From Tetramitus jugosus (Eukaryota; Protista; Heterolobosea), in NCBI GenBank assembly GCA_937625935.1, contig OW569360.1:310001-374000 (forward strand): a stretch of 64,000 nucleotides of DNA, written 5' to 3'. Both the position numbers and the translations under genes were made by a program. Positions within the stretch are counted from its first letter, which is position 1. Each line of letters begins with the position of its first letter. The notes under the pieces were generated by a model. It saw only the letters and a list, made by a program, of their open reading frames with translations, had not been told where the DNA came from and made no database searches. Of this stretch, positions 41,145-50,834 are shown in pieces.

Positions 41145-44100
41145 TTACATGAGCCATCCCTTGCATTTTGATGTTCCACAGTGGCACCTGAGTCTCTGCT
41201 TTATGATATAATTATAGTTATAAGTTAATTCTTCACCACATCTGATATTACGGTTCGCAAAAAAGGCAATTCTGGACAAGTGAGGATTGCGTGTGTCAAC
41301 AGACACTTCTCTGGAGATCATATTGGGTGAACAGGAGTGGTTGAGCCATCGAGCAACATTTCCATACCGATTCGAGTCGATACTGTACTTGTTATCTTCA
41401 GATCTGACGTCAAACAAGTAACTGCATTCGTACTTTGTATCGTAGGCTAGGCCTCTCTCCTCTGCGATGGCTTCTGTGATCAACTCACCTACATATTCAG
41501 CCACAAATTGACCTCTCTTGATATCCTCCAATGCTCTGACACCCCAACCCTTCAACTCTGTTTTAAAAAGTTCCATTTTGACCGAGAGACCTCGCTGAAC
41601 AACTCGGTTGGAACAAGTTTTTGGATCACACTTACAGTTGTCATTACATTCAAATATGTGGAATATCGAATTGAATCCTCTTTTTGTCAACAATCCTTCT
41701 TCATTGTAGGCAGCGCCTCCCATGCGGGACACACATTCACAGCTCAACCCACATGTGACAGGGTTTTGTTCCTCAGACTCCTTCTCTTCTTTCTTCTTTG
41801 TTGATTGTGTTCGAATCTTGCTCCTCGACTTGGAAGTATGCTTTGATTTATGACCACATTTGCACCCTCGAACATCATCATTTTCTAATTCCTTCTCAAT
41901 TATGTGTGCAATGGAGGGCTCTGGACGAGTCTCGAGTAAATAATGGAAGGAATCAAATAATTTTAAGTCAACTTCGTTGATAGAACTGACAGGATATCGG
42001 GACAATCCGCGTGATATGTCATCGAACTTGTAATAAAACCTCAGATCATCGTCAAAATCGATAGCACACATTGATTTAGGAAGTTTGTTGCCATTTCCAT
42101 CATCTCTATCTCCGCTTTCGCTCTCTTCATTGATGATTCGAGAAACTGCAACTGTTGCATGTTGTTTGTATGTATCCATGAGATTTTCCCAACCTCTTCT
42201 GCATTTGAGGAGTCGATCCTTTAGTTTTTCAAGGGTTAATGTGTTCATATTCACATTTTTGCCATCCTTCTTCATCCAAATATTCTGGAGTTTCTCCAGT
42301 GTTTCTTGTTTGACTCTTCGAAGTTTTTGCTCTGTTTCTTCTAATCGTCCAATACCTGGATCACATGTTTCATACACAACACTCGAAAAGGTTTCAAATG
42401 CACCCAGATGTGTCAAGTGCAACTTGATTGCGTCTGGATATCGACCACACAACAAAGATAAACCATATATAATGTAGTGCAGAGAAATTTCTTGCCCATA
42501 ATTATCTAAATAATCCTTAATAAGTTCAATCTCACGTTCAAATAGTAGATTAATCTTTGGTAATTTGCAAAATATACGCCAATATGGCTTCTGCATATCA
42601 GAATATATGTTTGTAAACAGAGTGCTAGCGTTAGTCTGCTTGCCACCAAATTTAGGCAGGAAAGAGAAGCATAGTTTTTCATTTGGATGCTTCTCCTCTT
42701 CGATCATTCTATCCTGCTTCTCAACATCTTCCCGCGTCTGCAACTTGTGATCTTGCTGCAACTCAGGCTCAAATGTAATCTCGTGATTCTCCCAATGGAA
42801 GCAATAATGCTCAATACCAATCTTTTCAACCAACTTAACCTGAAATTCTATTCGATCATAAAGCACCATAACTGGTTCGCAACAAAAATATGCTGTCACT
42901 ACAGCATACTTTCTTATGGTGCCGTCATCTGCGGTCTCCCAATCTTCTCCGTTTGGTGCGTCCCTATAACACCAACCCAAATAAATAACAGAATGAGTAT
43001 TATCAATTACAGCTTCAATAATGGAGGTCGAAGCATGGAAATGCTTAAATCCGTTTAGCTCAACATCCTCCTTGCACTGATCCAGTGTTTTTTGATACAT
43101 TTGATTCAATATTGAATCCTTCATTGAGGAACTTAATAGGGCAAACTCCTTCTTTTGAAGATGCTTAAATTTTTGATACAAATCCTCTCTGCTCTCAATG
43201 AAAAACTTGTGTAATACCAAGTGTATTGTGTCACATATCATCTTATTAAACTGTCTAATCTTTCTTTGGTTTTTGATGTCATAGAAGAAGGAAGGACACT
43301 TAATCTTTGTTCTTCTTTCATTGTACTGGAACCCTAATCGCTTATACCATTTAAAAACATCATTATTCGACATTAGAATTTCATTCGACGCCGTATACGG
43401 AGTCACAATTGAATACAAATTAGACAACGTCTCTACTCCATCCACATTCTCATCAATCATTGTTAAATCATCAAAACAATTTGTCATTCTGTGAATCAAT
43501 AGAAAACCTTGCATGAAATCAATGGGACTGTGCTGCAAAAACTCATATGCCAACCGTTCTGTGGCCACCTGTGAAAACACTCTTTTGGAACTCGAGAACC
43601 AACCACATACTTGATTCTTCATCTTTGCATCACTCTTCTCACTCTCTTCATCCTTCTTTTCGATCGTATCATGATTCATCGCATCTGTATCATGATCGAC
43701 CGAAAAAACTTGATAAGACGAAGAAGGAGGAGCAGTCGTTGTCGTCGCTGGTAAAAATTCAATCTTGGCCAGAGTGAAACGACTGGACGATCGCCGTTGT
43801 CGTTTTTTCAATGGACTTGGACTCACGATCAAACATGGCTCTTCATTCGTGACTTCCTCCACCTTTTTCTTTTCATGATCATGATGACCACTGCCGGTAC
43901 TTTGCTCATTCTCATTTTCATTATTCTTACTGTTATTGTTATTATTTCTTGTGTTGTGATAGTGATGATTGATCGGCAGAGAAGAATAACAAGCAGAGCT
44001 ATTGTCACCTGCATCTACATGAGAATGTTCTTCCTTGTTATTGACAACAGGTGACTGTTGTTGAGAGTGGTTGTTGTTATTATGCTGTTGTTGTTGCTGT

Positions 44101-44414
44101 TCTTGTTCTTCATCTTGTTGTTGTTGCTTGATCATCCATAGTCGACGTTTGGATCGGCGCGGTGGTGAAGTCGAAGTAGATGGTGATGACTTTGCATATT
44201 TAATGACAGGTTTTCTGGGAGTGGGCATTGGAAATGGGAGTGCATAAGTTGTGGATGATTTTCTTTGGCTTCCAACAAAGTTCTCATTTTTCACGAGAAG
44301 TTTCTCCGTGCATTTCGCGCCAAAACGCTTTTTGCTAATACAAAAAATGGAGTTTTTATTTCTTTGTTGGACTGTTGGGCTTGCAGTACTTGTCTCCACG
44401 ACTTGGCTCGGCAT
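41145..44414 (-). CDS. SUV39/G9a-like histone lysine methyltransferase (pre-SET, SET, post-SET)
   Basis: IFECNDNCKC..CSNRVVQRG, KGWGVRA, EYVGE, RWLNHSCSPN, GEELTYNY, CHCGTSKCKG. Confidence 0.9.
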   Translation of the reverse strand: MPSQVVETSTASPTVQQRNKNSIFCISKKRFGAKCTEKLLVKNENFVGSQRKSSTTYALPFPMPTPRKPVIKYAKSSPSTSTSPPRRSKRRLWMIKQQQQDEEQEQQQQQHNNNNHSQQQSPVVNNKEEHSHVDAGDNSSACYSSLPINHHYHNTRNNNNNSKNNENENEQSTGSGHHDHEKKKVEEVTNEEPCLIVSPSPLKKRQRRSSSRFTLAKIEFLPATTTTAPPSSSYQVFSVDHDTDAMNHDTIEKKDEESEKSDAKMKNQVCGWFSSSKRVFSQVATERLAYEFLQHSPIDFMQGFLLIHRMTNCFDDLTMIDENVDGVETLSNLYSIVTPYTASNEILMSNNDVFKWYKRLGFQYNERRTKIKCPSFFYDIKNQRKIRQFNKMICDTIHLVLHKFFIESREDLYQKFKHLQKKEFALLSSSMKDSILNQMYQKTLDQCKEDVELNGFKHFHASTSIIEAVIDNTHSVIYLGWCYRDAPNGEDWETADDGTIRKYAVVTAYFCCEPVMVLYDRIEFQVKLVEKIGIEHYCFHWENHEITFEPELQQDHKLQTREDVEKQDRMIEEEKHPNEKLCFSFLPKFGGKQTNASTLFTNIYSDMQKPYWRIFCKLPKINLLFEREIELIKDYLDNYGQEISLHYIIYGLSLLCGRYPDAIKLHLTHLGAFETFSSVVYETCDPGIGRLEETEQKLRRVKQETLEKLQNIWMKKDGKNVNMNTLTLEKLKDRLLKCRRGWENLMDTYKQHATVAVSRIINEESESGDRDDGNGNKLPKSMCAIDFDDDLRFYYKFDDISRGLSRYPVSSINEVDLKLFDSFHYLLETRPEPSIAHIIEKELENDDVRGCKCGHKSKHTSKSRSKIRTQSTKKKEEKESEEQNPVTCGLSCECVSRMGGAAYNEEGLLTKRGFNSIFHIFECNDNCKCDPKTCSNRVVQRGLSVKMELFKTELKGWGVRALEDIKRGQFVAEYVGELITEAIAEERGLAYDTKYECSYLFDVRSEDNKYSIDSNRYGNVARWLNHSCSPNMISREVSVDTRNPHLSRIAFFANRNIRCGEELTYNYNYIIKQRLRCHCGTSKCKGWLM

Positions 44415-44543
44415 TGTGTTTGTCGTTTCTGTTAGTTGTGGTGGATACCTGACTGTGAGTTTAGAAGGCACATGCCTGTAGTTCGCCTGCACACTTCCTT
44501 TCGCGGACGATAGAATGACAGTGCCATCAGACCTCTGGGCACC

Positions 44544-44655
44544 TTTTTTTTTGATACAACGCGCAGTTGCTCACTTTATTGTTTATCATTCTTTCCATTA
44601 GTTTCACTTATACTCATTGTGCCGCTCGCAGAGCGTTACTTCAGTTTGTAGTCCC
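44544..44655 (-). mobile_element. 112-bp poly(A)-tailed retro-insertion, head-to-head 44 bp upstream of tRNA-Ala
   Basis: Exact 14-bp direct repeat GACCTCTGGGCACC at 44530-44543 and 44656-44669; T9 at 44544-44552; minus-strand 3' end AATAAAGTGAGCAACTGCGCGTTGTATC-A9 resembles that of 8896-10284. Confidence 0.85.
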
Positions 44656-44661
44656 GACCTC

Positions 44662-44691
44662 TGGGCACCCAATACTCTATTTTTAGAAATA
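44662..44691 (+). promoter_or_regulatory. Upstream motif TGGGCACC-N15-AGAAATA of tRNA-Ala
   Basis: Same boxes and spacing as upstream of tRNA-Glu. Confidence 0.5.
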
Positions 44692-44699
44692 CAGAAAGA

Positions 44700-46089
44700 G
44701 GGGTCATGGCTCAGTTGGTACCCGAATGAAAAATCACATGAGGCAACCAGCACCTGACTTTCGTTGCCCCAGATCCTGACTCGGATCAAGTCCGGTGCTG
44801 ACTAACTCAGAGTCAGCACTGGAGTCAGGTACAAACCAACCATCTGCAGTGGTCCAAGTCGCCATTCATTATCAGGTGCCGACTTGCTCAAGTCAGGTAT
44901 TGTGTCCTGTGCAAACTCATGACCCAAGTCAACATCAGGCTAACAAGGAGAAACAGGGCGAGTGAGGGGCCAAAAAAATTCTTGTAATCTTATGAGAGAA
45001 TGAAGAAAAACTTTTATTGAATATTTTTCGTGAATCAAAATCAACCCTTCTGGACAGATTCCAAAGAAAACTCTCATCACTCGGTAAGTGGGCAATCACT
45101 GATCTTTGTACTTTATCTCCGCACGTCTGATCAAGGAGACTCCTCGTGAGAATTGGTTGATCATTATTTCTCCGACAATTTTGAGCAAGGCGTGAGTAGG
45201 AAAGAAGTTGTAAGTTATAAATACAAACAAATTGCGAAGTTCGACATACCATGTACAGTTTTCTTTGTTATTCGACAACTTCTCTCCACTGTGAAAAAGG
45301 AGGGTAAGTGACATCAACAATTTACAATAAAGAAAATTGATACTGACCTAATACAATGCTCATTTTTGTTTTGGCACCTTTCAATATCCTTTCCTCAACT
45401 TTCAGAGCAGGCATTGCTTCATCATTCTCCAGCAAGCAAGTCACTCATATCTGATTGAAGTGAAAATTCAAAAAATCACAAGTGATCGAAACATAAATAA
45501 AAAGAACAAACTTACTAGTATTCAGTCTCAACTCTTTCTTGATCTGTTTGTTCAACACCTGTTCCTTGTGTCAGTACTTGCTCAGTAGATGGAGCTGCAG
45601 GAGTAACAATCTGCTTCTTGTCAGATGTTTCTTGAGTCGTTGTGGTCACACGTCTTGAGATTCAATAAGGGAGTTTGTATCCCAACTTAAAAATTTTTGT
45701 TCTTGGAAGCAGTTGCGTTTGGGTTAGTTGTGTTCGGTTTGTTGGAAACAAACCGACTTCGACAAATTCAAGTGGTTGGTTGTGATTAGCAGTTGAGAGA
45801 GAGATCGGGCTAAAATATCGACTCAGTTGACTTGCTGTTTTTTCACTTAACTCATGGTTCAGTGGTGTACTTCTTGTGAGTCAGTACCTGAGTTGTATTC
45901 CAACTTTCTTGATGGAGTTGACACTGGAGTCGGCAGCAGCTTTTGTCGAGTCAATTCCCGACTTTTTTGTCGAATTAGGCAGCTCCTGACTCATGACCTG
46001 ATCTCGCATAGTCAGGTTCCCACGTTTTATTCGGGTAGAGCGCGTGCTTTGCATGCATGAGGTCCAGGGTTCGATTCCCTGTGGCTCCA
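44700..46089 (+). tRNA. tRNA-Ala(TGC) interrupted in the D-loop: 5' piece 44700-44720, 3' piece 46036-46089
   Basis: GGGGTCATGGCTCAGTTGG(TA) + GAGCGCGTGCTTTGCATGCATGAGGTCCAGGGTTCGATTCCCTGTGGCTCCA reconstitute a full cloverleaf with G3:U70; TTTT follows. Confidence 0.9.
44721..46035. mobile_element. 1315-bp non-autonomous DNA transposon-like element inserted in tRNA-Ala
   Basis: Ends CCCGAATGAAA.. / ..TTTTATTCGGG are inverted repeats (1 mismatch in 11); TA duplicated at 44719-44720 and 46036-46037; CCTGACT/AGTCAGG subterminal repeats at both ends; no transposase ORF. Confidence 0.82.
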
Positions 46090-46130
46090 GTTTTGCATTC
46101 TTCTTGGACGAATTCTGGGGCAATCAAAAG

Positions 46131-46829
46131 ATGATACAGCGCAACAAACTTTCTTTCCTCTGTGTGCGTGGCTTCAGTACCGTTTCTTTCTCCTGTGCTC
46201 GTTCCTCTCAATTCGTCAAGTGGCCTGAGCAAATCACTGCGTCAAATCCTCTGGGACGAGAGAAGCGCTTGCAGCAGTACAAGCTCATAACTCAAGATCA
46301 ATTCTCAAAGTGTGCAGGAGGTGATCGCAGTAAGCTGTACCGATCTACAGAACAAGAACTAAAACAAAGAAATGCACTGAATTTGAGAGATGCCTTGGAA
46401 TATATATGCGTTTACATGACGTACAAGAACAGTCAGACAATGAAGGCTGAGGAATCCATGAGTGAAACTATTGATCGAATCAAGAACATGAAATACTTTG
46501 TTTCCTATGTTCAGCAGCTCTGGCAAGAAGTATTGTTAGCAAAGAAGGTGTCCAACAGTGAACAACAAATCTCTGAAGCTCCAAAGAGTCTCGAACAAGT
46601 ACTGGACAGTATTTTCTATCGTGTGTTTTCTGATGAGAGTGATGTACCAATGAAGCACTCACAAACAACTGACATGGTACTGTTGCACAAGATGGATTGG
46701 CCTGATATGTACGATATGGCAACCCTTATCGCTCTCTGCAAGTACAGCTATGTTCCATTTTGTTTTGCAACGACAGACCAACAGTTACCTTACCAGACGT
46801 ATGACACACTGGATCTGTCCCTTGTCTAA
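46131..46829 (+). CDS. Hypothetical protein, possible mitochondrial presequence
   Basis: ATG 46131 just after the tRNA terminator; MIQRNKLSFLCVRGFSTVSFSCARSS. Confidence 0.6.
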   Translation: MIQRNKLSFLCVRGFSTVSFSCARSSQFVKWPEQITASNPLGREKRLQQYKLITQDQFSKCAGGDRSKLYRSTEQELKQRNALNLRDALEYICVYMTYKNSQTMKAEESMSETIDRIKNMKYFVSYVQQLWQEVLLAKKVSNSEQQISEAPKSLEQVLDSIFYRVFSDESDVPMKHSQTTDMVLLHKMDWPDMYDMATLIALCKYSYVPFCFATTDQQLPYQTYDTLDLSLV

Positions 46830-47032
46830 TGAACCATATCGCACATCCTCACCTATACTAAGATCGCAACAGTATAAAAATGCGATGTAATCTTTTTTGT
46901 TCCCGGGGAACACTCAACCGAATTCCTTTTTTGATCCCTCCGTCGAACCTAAAACTATCAACATCATTCTTCATGATCATTAATCTCTTCTGAAACCCTT
47001 CAAGAACTGACTACTATTCATTGCAACAAGAT

Positions 47033-48634
47033 ATGCTGCTAAAACAACTGCGAGACCCTGTGAAGCTTGTGCACACAATCATTCGAATCGCGATTCTTCT
47101 CTCCACTCTGCTGACAGAATTCCTCTGCTTGAGACTCGGTATCAGGAGACCCAAAAGAACTGAAGCTCTTCAAAATAATTTTGCACCAGTGTTCGATGAA
47201 CTTGATAATCGAGAGCACGTGGTTTACGGCTGTTCTCGACCACTCTCCCCTGATTTTCCTCCTGGAATTTTTGTCAGGAATGGACCCAATCCTCAATACA
47301 CTCCCACAAGAGGTAATTACCATTGGTTTGATGGAGATGGTCACTTGCACTCCATTCTCATCGAAGAAGATAGAAAGGTTCGCTACAAGAATTGTTTTGT
47401 GAGAACTGAGAAATATCTGATGGAGAAGCAGCATCAGCAACCCATTCTCTATGGTATAGCTCACAAAGGAAACCCGTTCATTTACTTGGATTATCTTTTC
47501 CAAAAAGTGTTTTGTGGTTTGAAATCGATCCCGAACCACAACGCCGCAAACACCTCAATTGAGTATCATAACGGGAAGTGCCTCGCTTTGTTCGAAGCAG
47601 GTAAACCTCATGAGATTGAACTACCTTCGTTGGAAACAAAGGGTATTTATGATTTCAATGGTCAACTGAAGCACCATATGACTGCTCATCCAAAGCTTGA
47701 TCCAGTGACAGGAGATTTAATCTTCTTCGCCTACAATGTGAAACCCTCCCTGATTCATTATTCCATCGCGAATAAGAAAGGAGAGATAGTTCATGATGTT
47801 AACTTCACTGAAGCACCCTTCTCTACCATGATGCATGATTTCGCGTGCACTGAAAAGTATACTTTGATTAATTATTTTCCTTTTAAATTGAATCCCCAGT
47901 TAATATTGGAGGGGAGAGTACCTTTTGAGATGGATGATAAGGATGTGACGAAAATTGCTGTCATTCCTCGTTACTATCAACCAGACAAGGACGAAATCAA
48001 GTGGTTCACAGCCAAAAAAGGCTACTCGTTCCACACAGTGAATGCTTATGATGATGGCGATTGGATTGTTATGAGATGTTGTTTCTCTGATGATATGACT
48101 CTCGAATTGTTTGAACAAGACCTTACAAAACCAAAGTTCAACCCGCGTTTGTATGAATGGAGGTTGAACACGAAAACAGGAGAAGTGAAGGAACAATCTT
48201 TGCTGTTTAGAAATGAAGCTCATACGGAAGAAGATCCAATGGAGCTTTTCTGTGATTTTCCTGTTATTAATGACGATTATGAGTGCCGAAAGAATCGATA
48301 TAGCTGGGTTGCTTTGACTCAACCCGATAGTGTATTGATGGGTCGACTGTGTAAGGTTGACTTTGAGAAAATGACTTATAGAACATACTCTTTTGATCCC
48401 AGTCATATGTCTGGTGAATGGTCCTTGGTGAAAAAGTTGAATGCCAAGAACGAAGACGATGTTTATGCTATGTCATTTGTTTACAATGAGAAAGCCAAGA
48501 CAAGTTCATTCCAAGTGATTGATGGCAAAACTCTCGAGAAGGATACACTCTCGGTGTTCCCTCTGCCCAGAAGAGTACCGCATGGTTTCCATGGAAAATT
48601 TATCACTAAATCAGAGTACACTGCTCAAACCTAG
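47033..48634 (+). CDS. Carotenoid cleavage oxygenase (RPE65/CCD family)
   Basis: FVRNGPNP, HWFDGDG, four Fe-binding His (TAHPK, MMHDF, SFHTVN, HGFHG). Confidence 0.93.
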   Translation: MLLKQLRDPVKLVHTIIRIAILLSTLLTEFLCLRLGIRRPKRTEALQNNFAPVFDELDNREHVVYGCSRPLSPDFPPGIFVRNGPNPQYTPTRGNYHWFDGDGHLHSILIEEDRKVRYKNCFVRTEKYLMEKQHQQPILYGIAHKGNPFIYLDYLFQKVFCGLKSIPNHNAANTSIEYHNGKCLALFEAGKPHEIELPSLETKGIYDFNGQLKHHMTAHPKLDPVTGDLIFFAYNVKPSLIHYSIANKKGEIVHDVNFTEAPFSTMMHDFACTEKYTLINYFPFKLNPQLILEGRVPFEMDDKDVTKIAVIPRYYQPDKDEIKWFTAKKGYSFHTVNAYDDGDWIVMRCCFSDDMTLELFEQDLTKPKFNPRLYEWRLNTKTGEVKEQSLLFRNEAHTEEDPMELFCDFPVINDDYECRKNRYSWVALTQPDSVLMGRLCKVDFEKMTYRTYSFDPSHMSGEWSLVKKLNAKNEDDVYAMSFVYNEKAKTSSFQVIDGKTLEKDTLSVFPLPRRVPHGFHGKFITKSEYTAQT

Positions 48635-48691
48635 ATAGTTTGATCATAAATAATTGTAATATACATGTTTCAAAGTTGTACTATTCATAAG

Positions 48692-50514
48692 CTATGAATT
48701 GTAGAAGCGATAGCCCCATTTGTCCCACATATCACACTTGTCCCTTCGGTAGCCAACTTGCAATGAAACCTTTGGTGTCTCTAGCTTCATGTAGTTCAAA
48801 TTTTGTGGCGTAAACTGCTCCCATTGGACAGGAGGAGAGTTTGGTCCCTTGTTTGGTGATCCAGAGTAAGCAAAGTTGGTCCAATAATCGATCATAGTAT
48901 CTGACAATCTTCCTTCATCTGCAGTTGGAGAATATTTGCTAAAGGTGTGGAAAGTGAATGGCATATCTGCACCATGACATGTATGATTGACACAAAATGG
49001 ATACTTTGGTCCCCAACCATCGAATGATAAAGCATGATCGAACACATAAAGATACATGTTGGCATTGACGCTTCTTGTCTGATTATAAGCAGCTGCTAAA
49101 GCATATCGAGTAGGTGCAGTAAAAATGTAATCCGTTCCCAGCACGGAAAGATCCTCTCTCTTGTCCGAATGGAGAGCAGGATAGGCCTTCTGTACTGTCC
49201 AATAGTGCTTAAAGAATAAAGCAGCTATAGCAGCTTCATACTCTACATAGTTCATTGGAGTACTCATTGCCAAGTAGATAAACATGCGAGCCTCTTCAGA
49301 GCATGATCCAAACATTAAATCTGTCTTGAAGAATTGGCCTGTCAAAAAAGATTCAATCAATTGTGTCTTCAGCTCAATACCATCAATGACTGGAGTATAG
49401 GGCATGAAGAGAGTAAATGGATGACGGATATTGAGGTGAGAAGTGGCGGCATCCTGATACACAACAATATCTTGCCACTTCAATGACATGTAGCACTGAT
49501 CAGATGGATCATTTTGACAACCAGCTTCCTTTGCAAAATATCCGCTAAACTTATCAGCAACATCGGGAGTCAAGAATGGAATGGAAAGAGGGTTGCTCTG
49601 GATGATAACCTTGTGAAATAGTCCTTTGCTCAACGGGGACATTAAATGAGTCTAGAAGTAAAAATACATGGAAGGTCGTGGGTAATTAATCGGCAACAGA
49701 AATTTGCCAGTTAGTTCAAATTGTGATTATTGAAATTTGACTGTGGTGACCTAAATCTGACTGGAGCTCCACGATATCATGTCCCACCCAACAACAAAAA
49801 ACACAGGAGTGTAGTAATACATACATTGACACTGGCAGCTCCAGCAGACTCACCAAACAGAGTTACACGATTTGCATCACCTCCAAATTGACCAATATTC
49901 TTTTGCACCCATTGAAGTGCCATTCTCTGATCTTGAATTCCCAAATTACCCTTAATGCCTCTCTTCTTATCAACCATGAAGCCCAACAATCCCAATCGAT
50001 AATTTATCGTCACGAGAATGACTTTTCCCCGATTTACAAAATATCCTCCTTCATAGAGATCACAATTCGCCGTACCCATATCAAAATGACCACCAGGAAT
50101 AAAGATCATGACAGGCAAATTGGTAGAATTTGCAGTGGAGGAAGAAATGGGTCTATACACATTCAATGAAAGACAATCTTCACTTGTCTCTGTTGCACAG
50201 AGACCTGCAGGCAGAGAACAAAGTTGAGGACATTGTGGACCAAACTGAGAAGCATCCAAGTCTTGTGTCCATGAACTTGGCTCAACAGGTGACCTCCATC
50301 GATAGTTTCCAGTTGGGGCAGCAGCAAATGGAATATTCTTCCAATATTGATAACCAACATTGGTGTCAGTGGCACCGAGCACTGGTCCGTTGCTTGTTTC
50401 TACTCTGATGCGTTGGGCTTTGATTTCAGTCGAAAAGCAAACGAAAAGAAGAAGGCAGACAACGGACAGCAAACAAGAAAGTTGCCGCACAAATGTAAAT
50501 TTGACCTTTTGCAT
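48692..50514 (-). CDS. Secreted type-B carboxylesterase; exons 50514-49825 and 49651-48692
   Basis: SEDCLSLNVY, INYRLG, GESAG nucleophile, CHGADM catalytic His; intron 49652-49824 joins the ORFs in frame. Confidence 0.92.
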
Positions 50515-50834
50515 GAAGAAGAATAGATGAGATGTTGTTTGTTGTGAGCTCAATCAAAATTGTGTGTTTCCTGTGCGTGTTCTGAATGTCAACAACAGCT
50601 GTGCGATCGAAAGAAGGGATGGATGACAATGTCTCGGGATAATATCATCATCGGAAAAATGAAGTATGTAGAAGAGTCGACTTGAGAAGCATCAACTCCG
50701 CAACTCCGTAAAACACCGACTAATTTCACACGCAATCGGATGTCGTGTTTGAAACTTGTCGATCTTATTTGACCGTTTCCATCGTGTTGCATTCTTCACA
50801 ACACGCACAAAAAAAAACAGAAACAATACCAACC

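Noticed and set aside
44721-46035. Assignment to the Dada superfamily
   Set aside because: Dada lacks TIRs and has longer target duplications; no transposase is present to classify the element
44700-46089. Trans-spliced split tRNA or giant D-loop intron (the complementary CCCGAAT/ATTCGGG flanks could pair the halves)
   Set aside because: Pairing gives a single 6-nt bulge rather than a bulge-helix-bulge; the duplicated TA, subterminal repeats and internal T-runs (Pol III terminators) fit a transposon better. Not formally excluded without RNA data.
46044-46130. N-terminal extension of the 261-aa ORF
   Set aside because: It overlaps the tRNA-Ala 3' piece; the likely start is 46131
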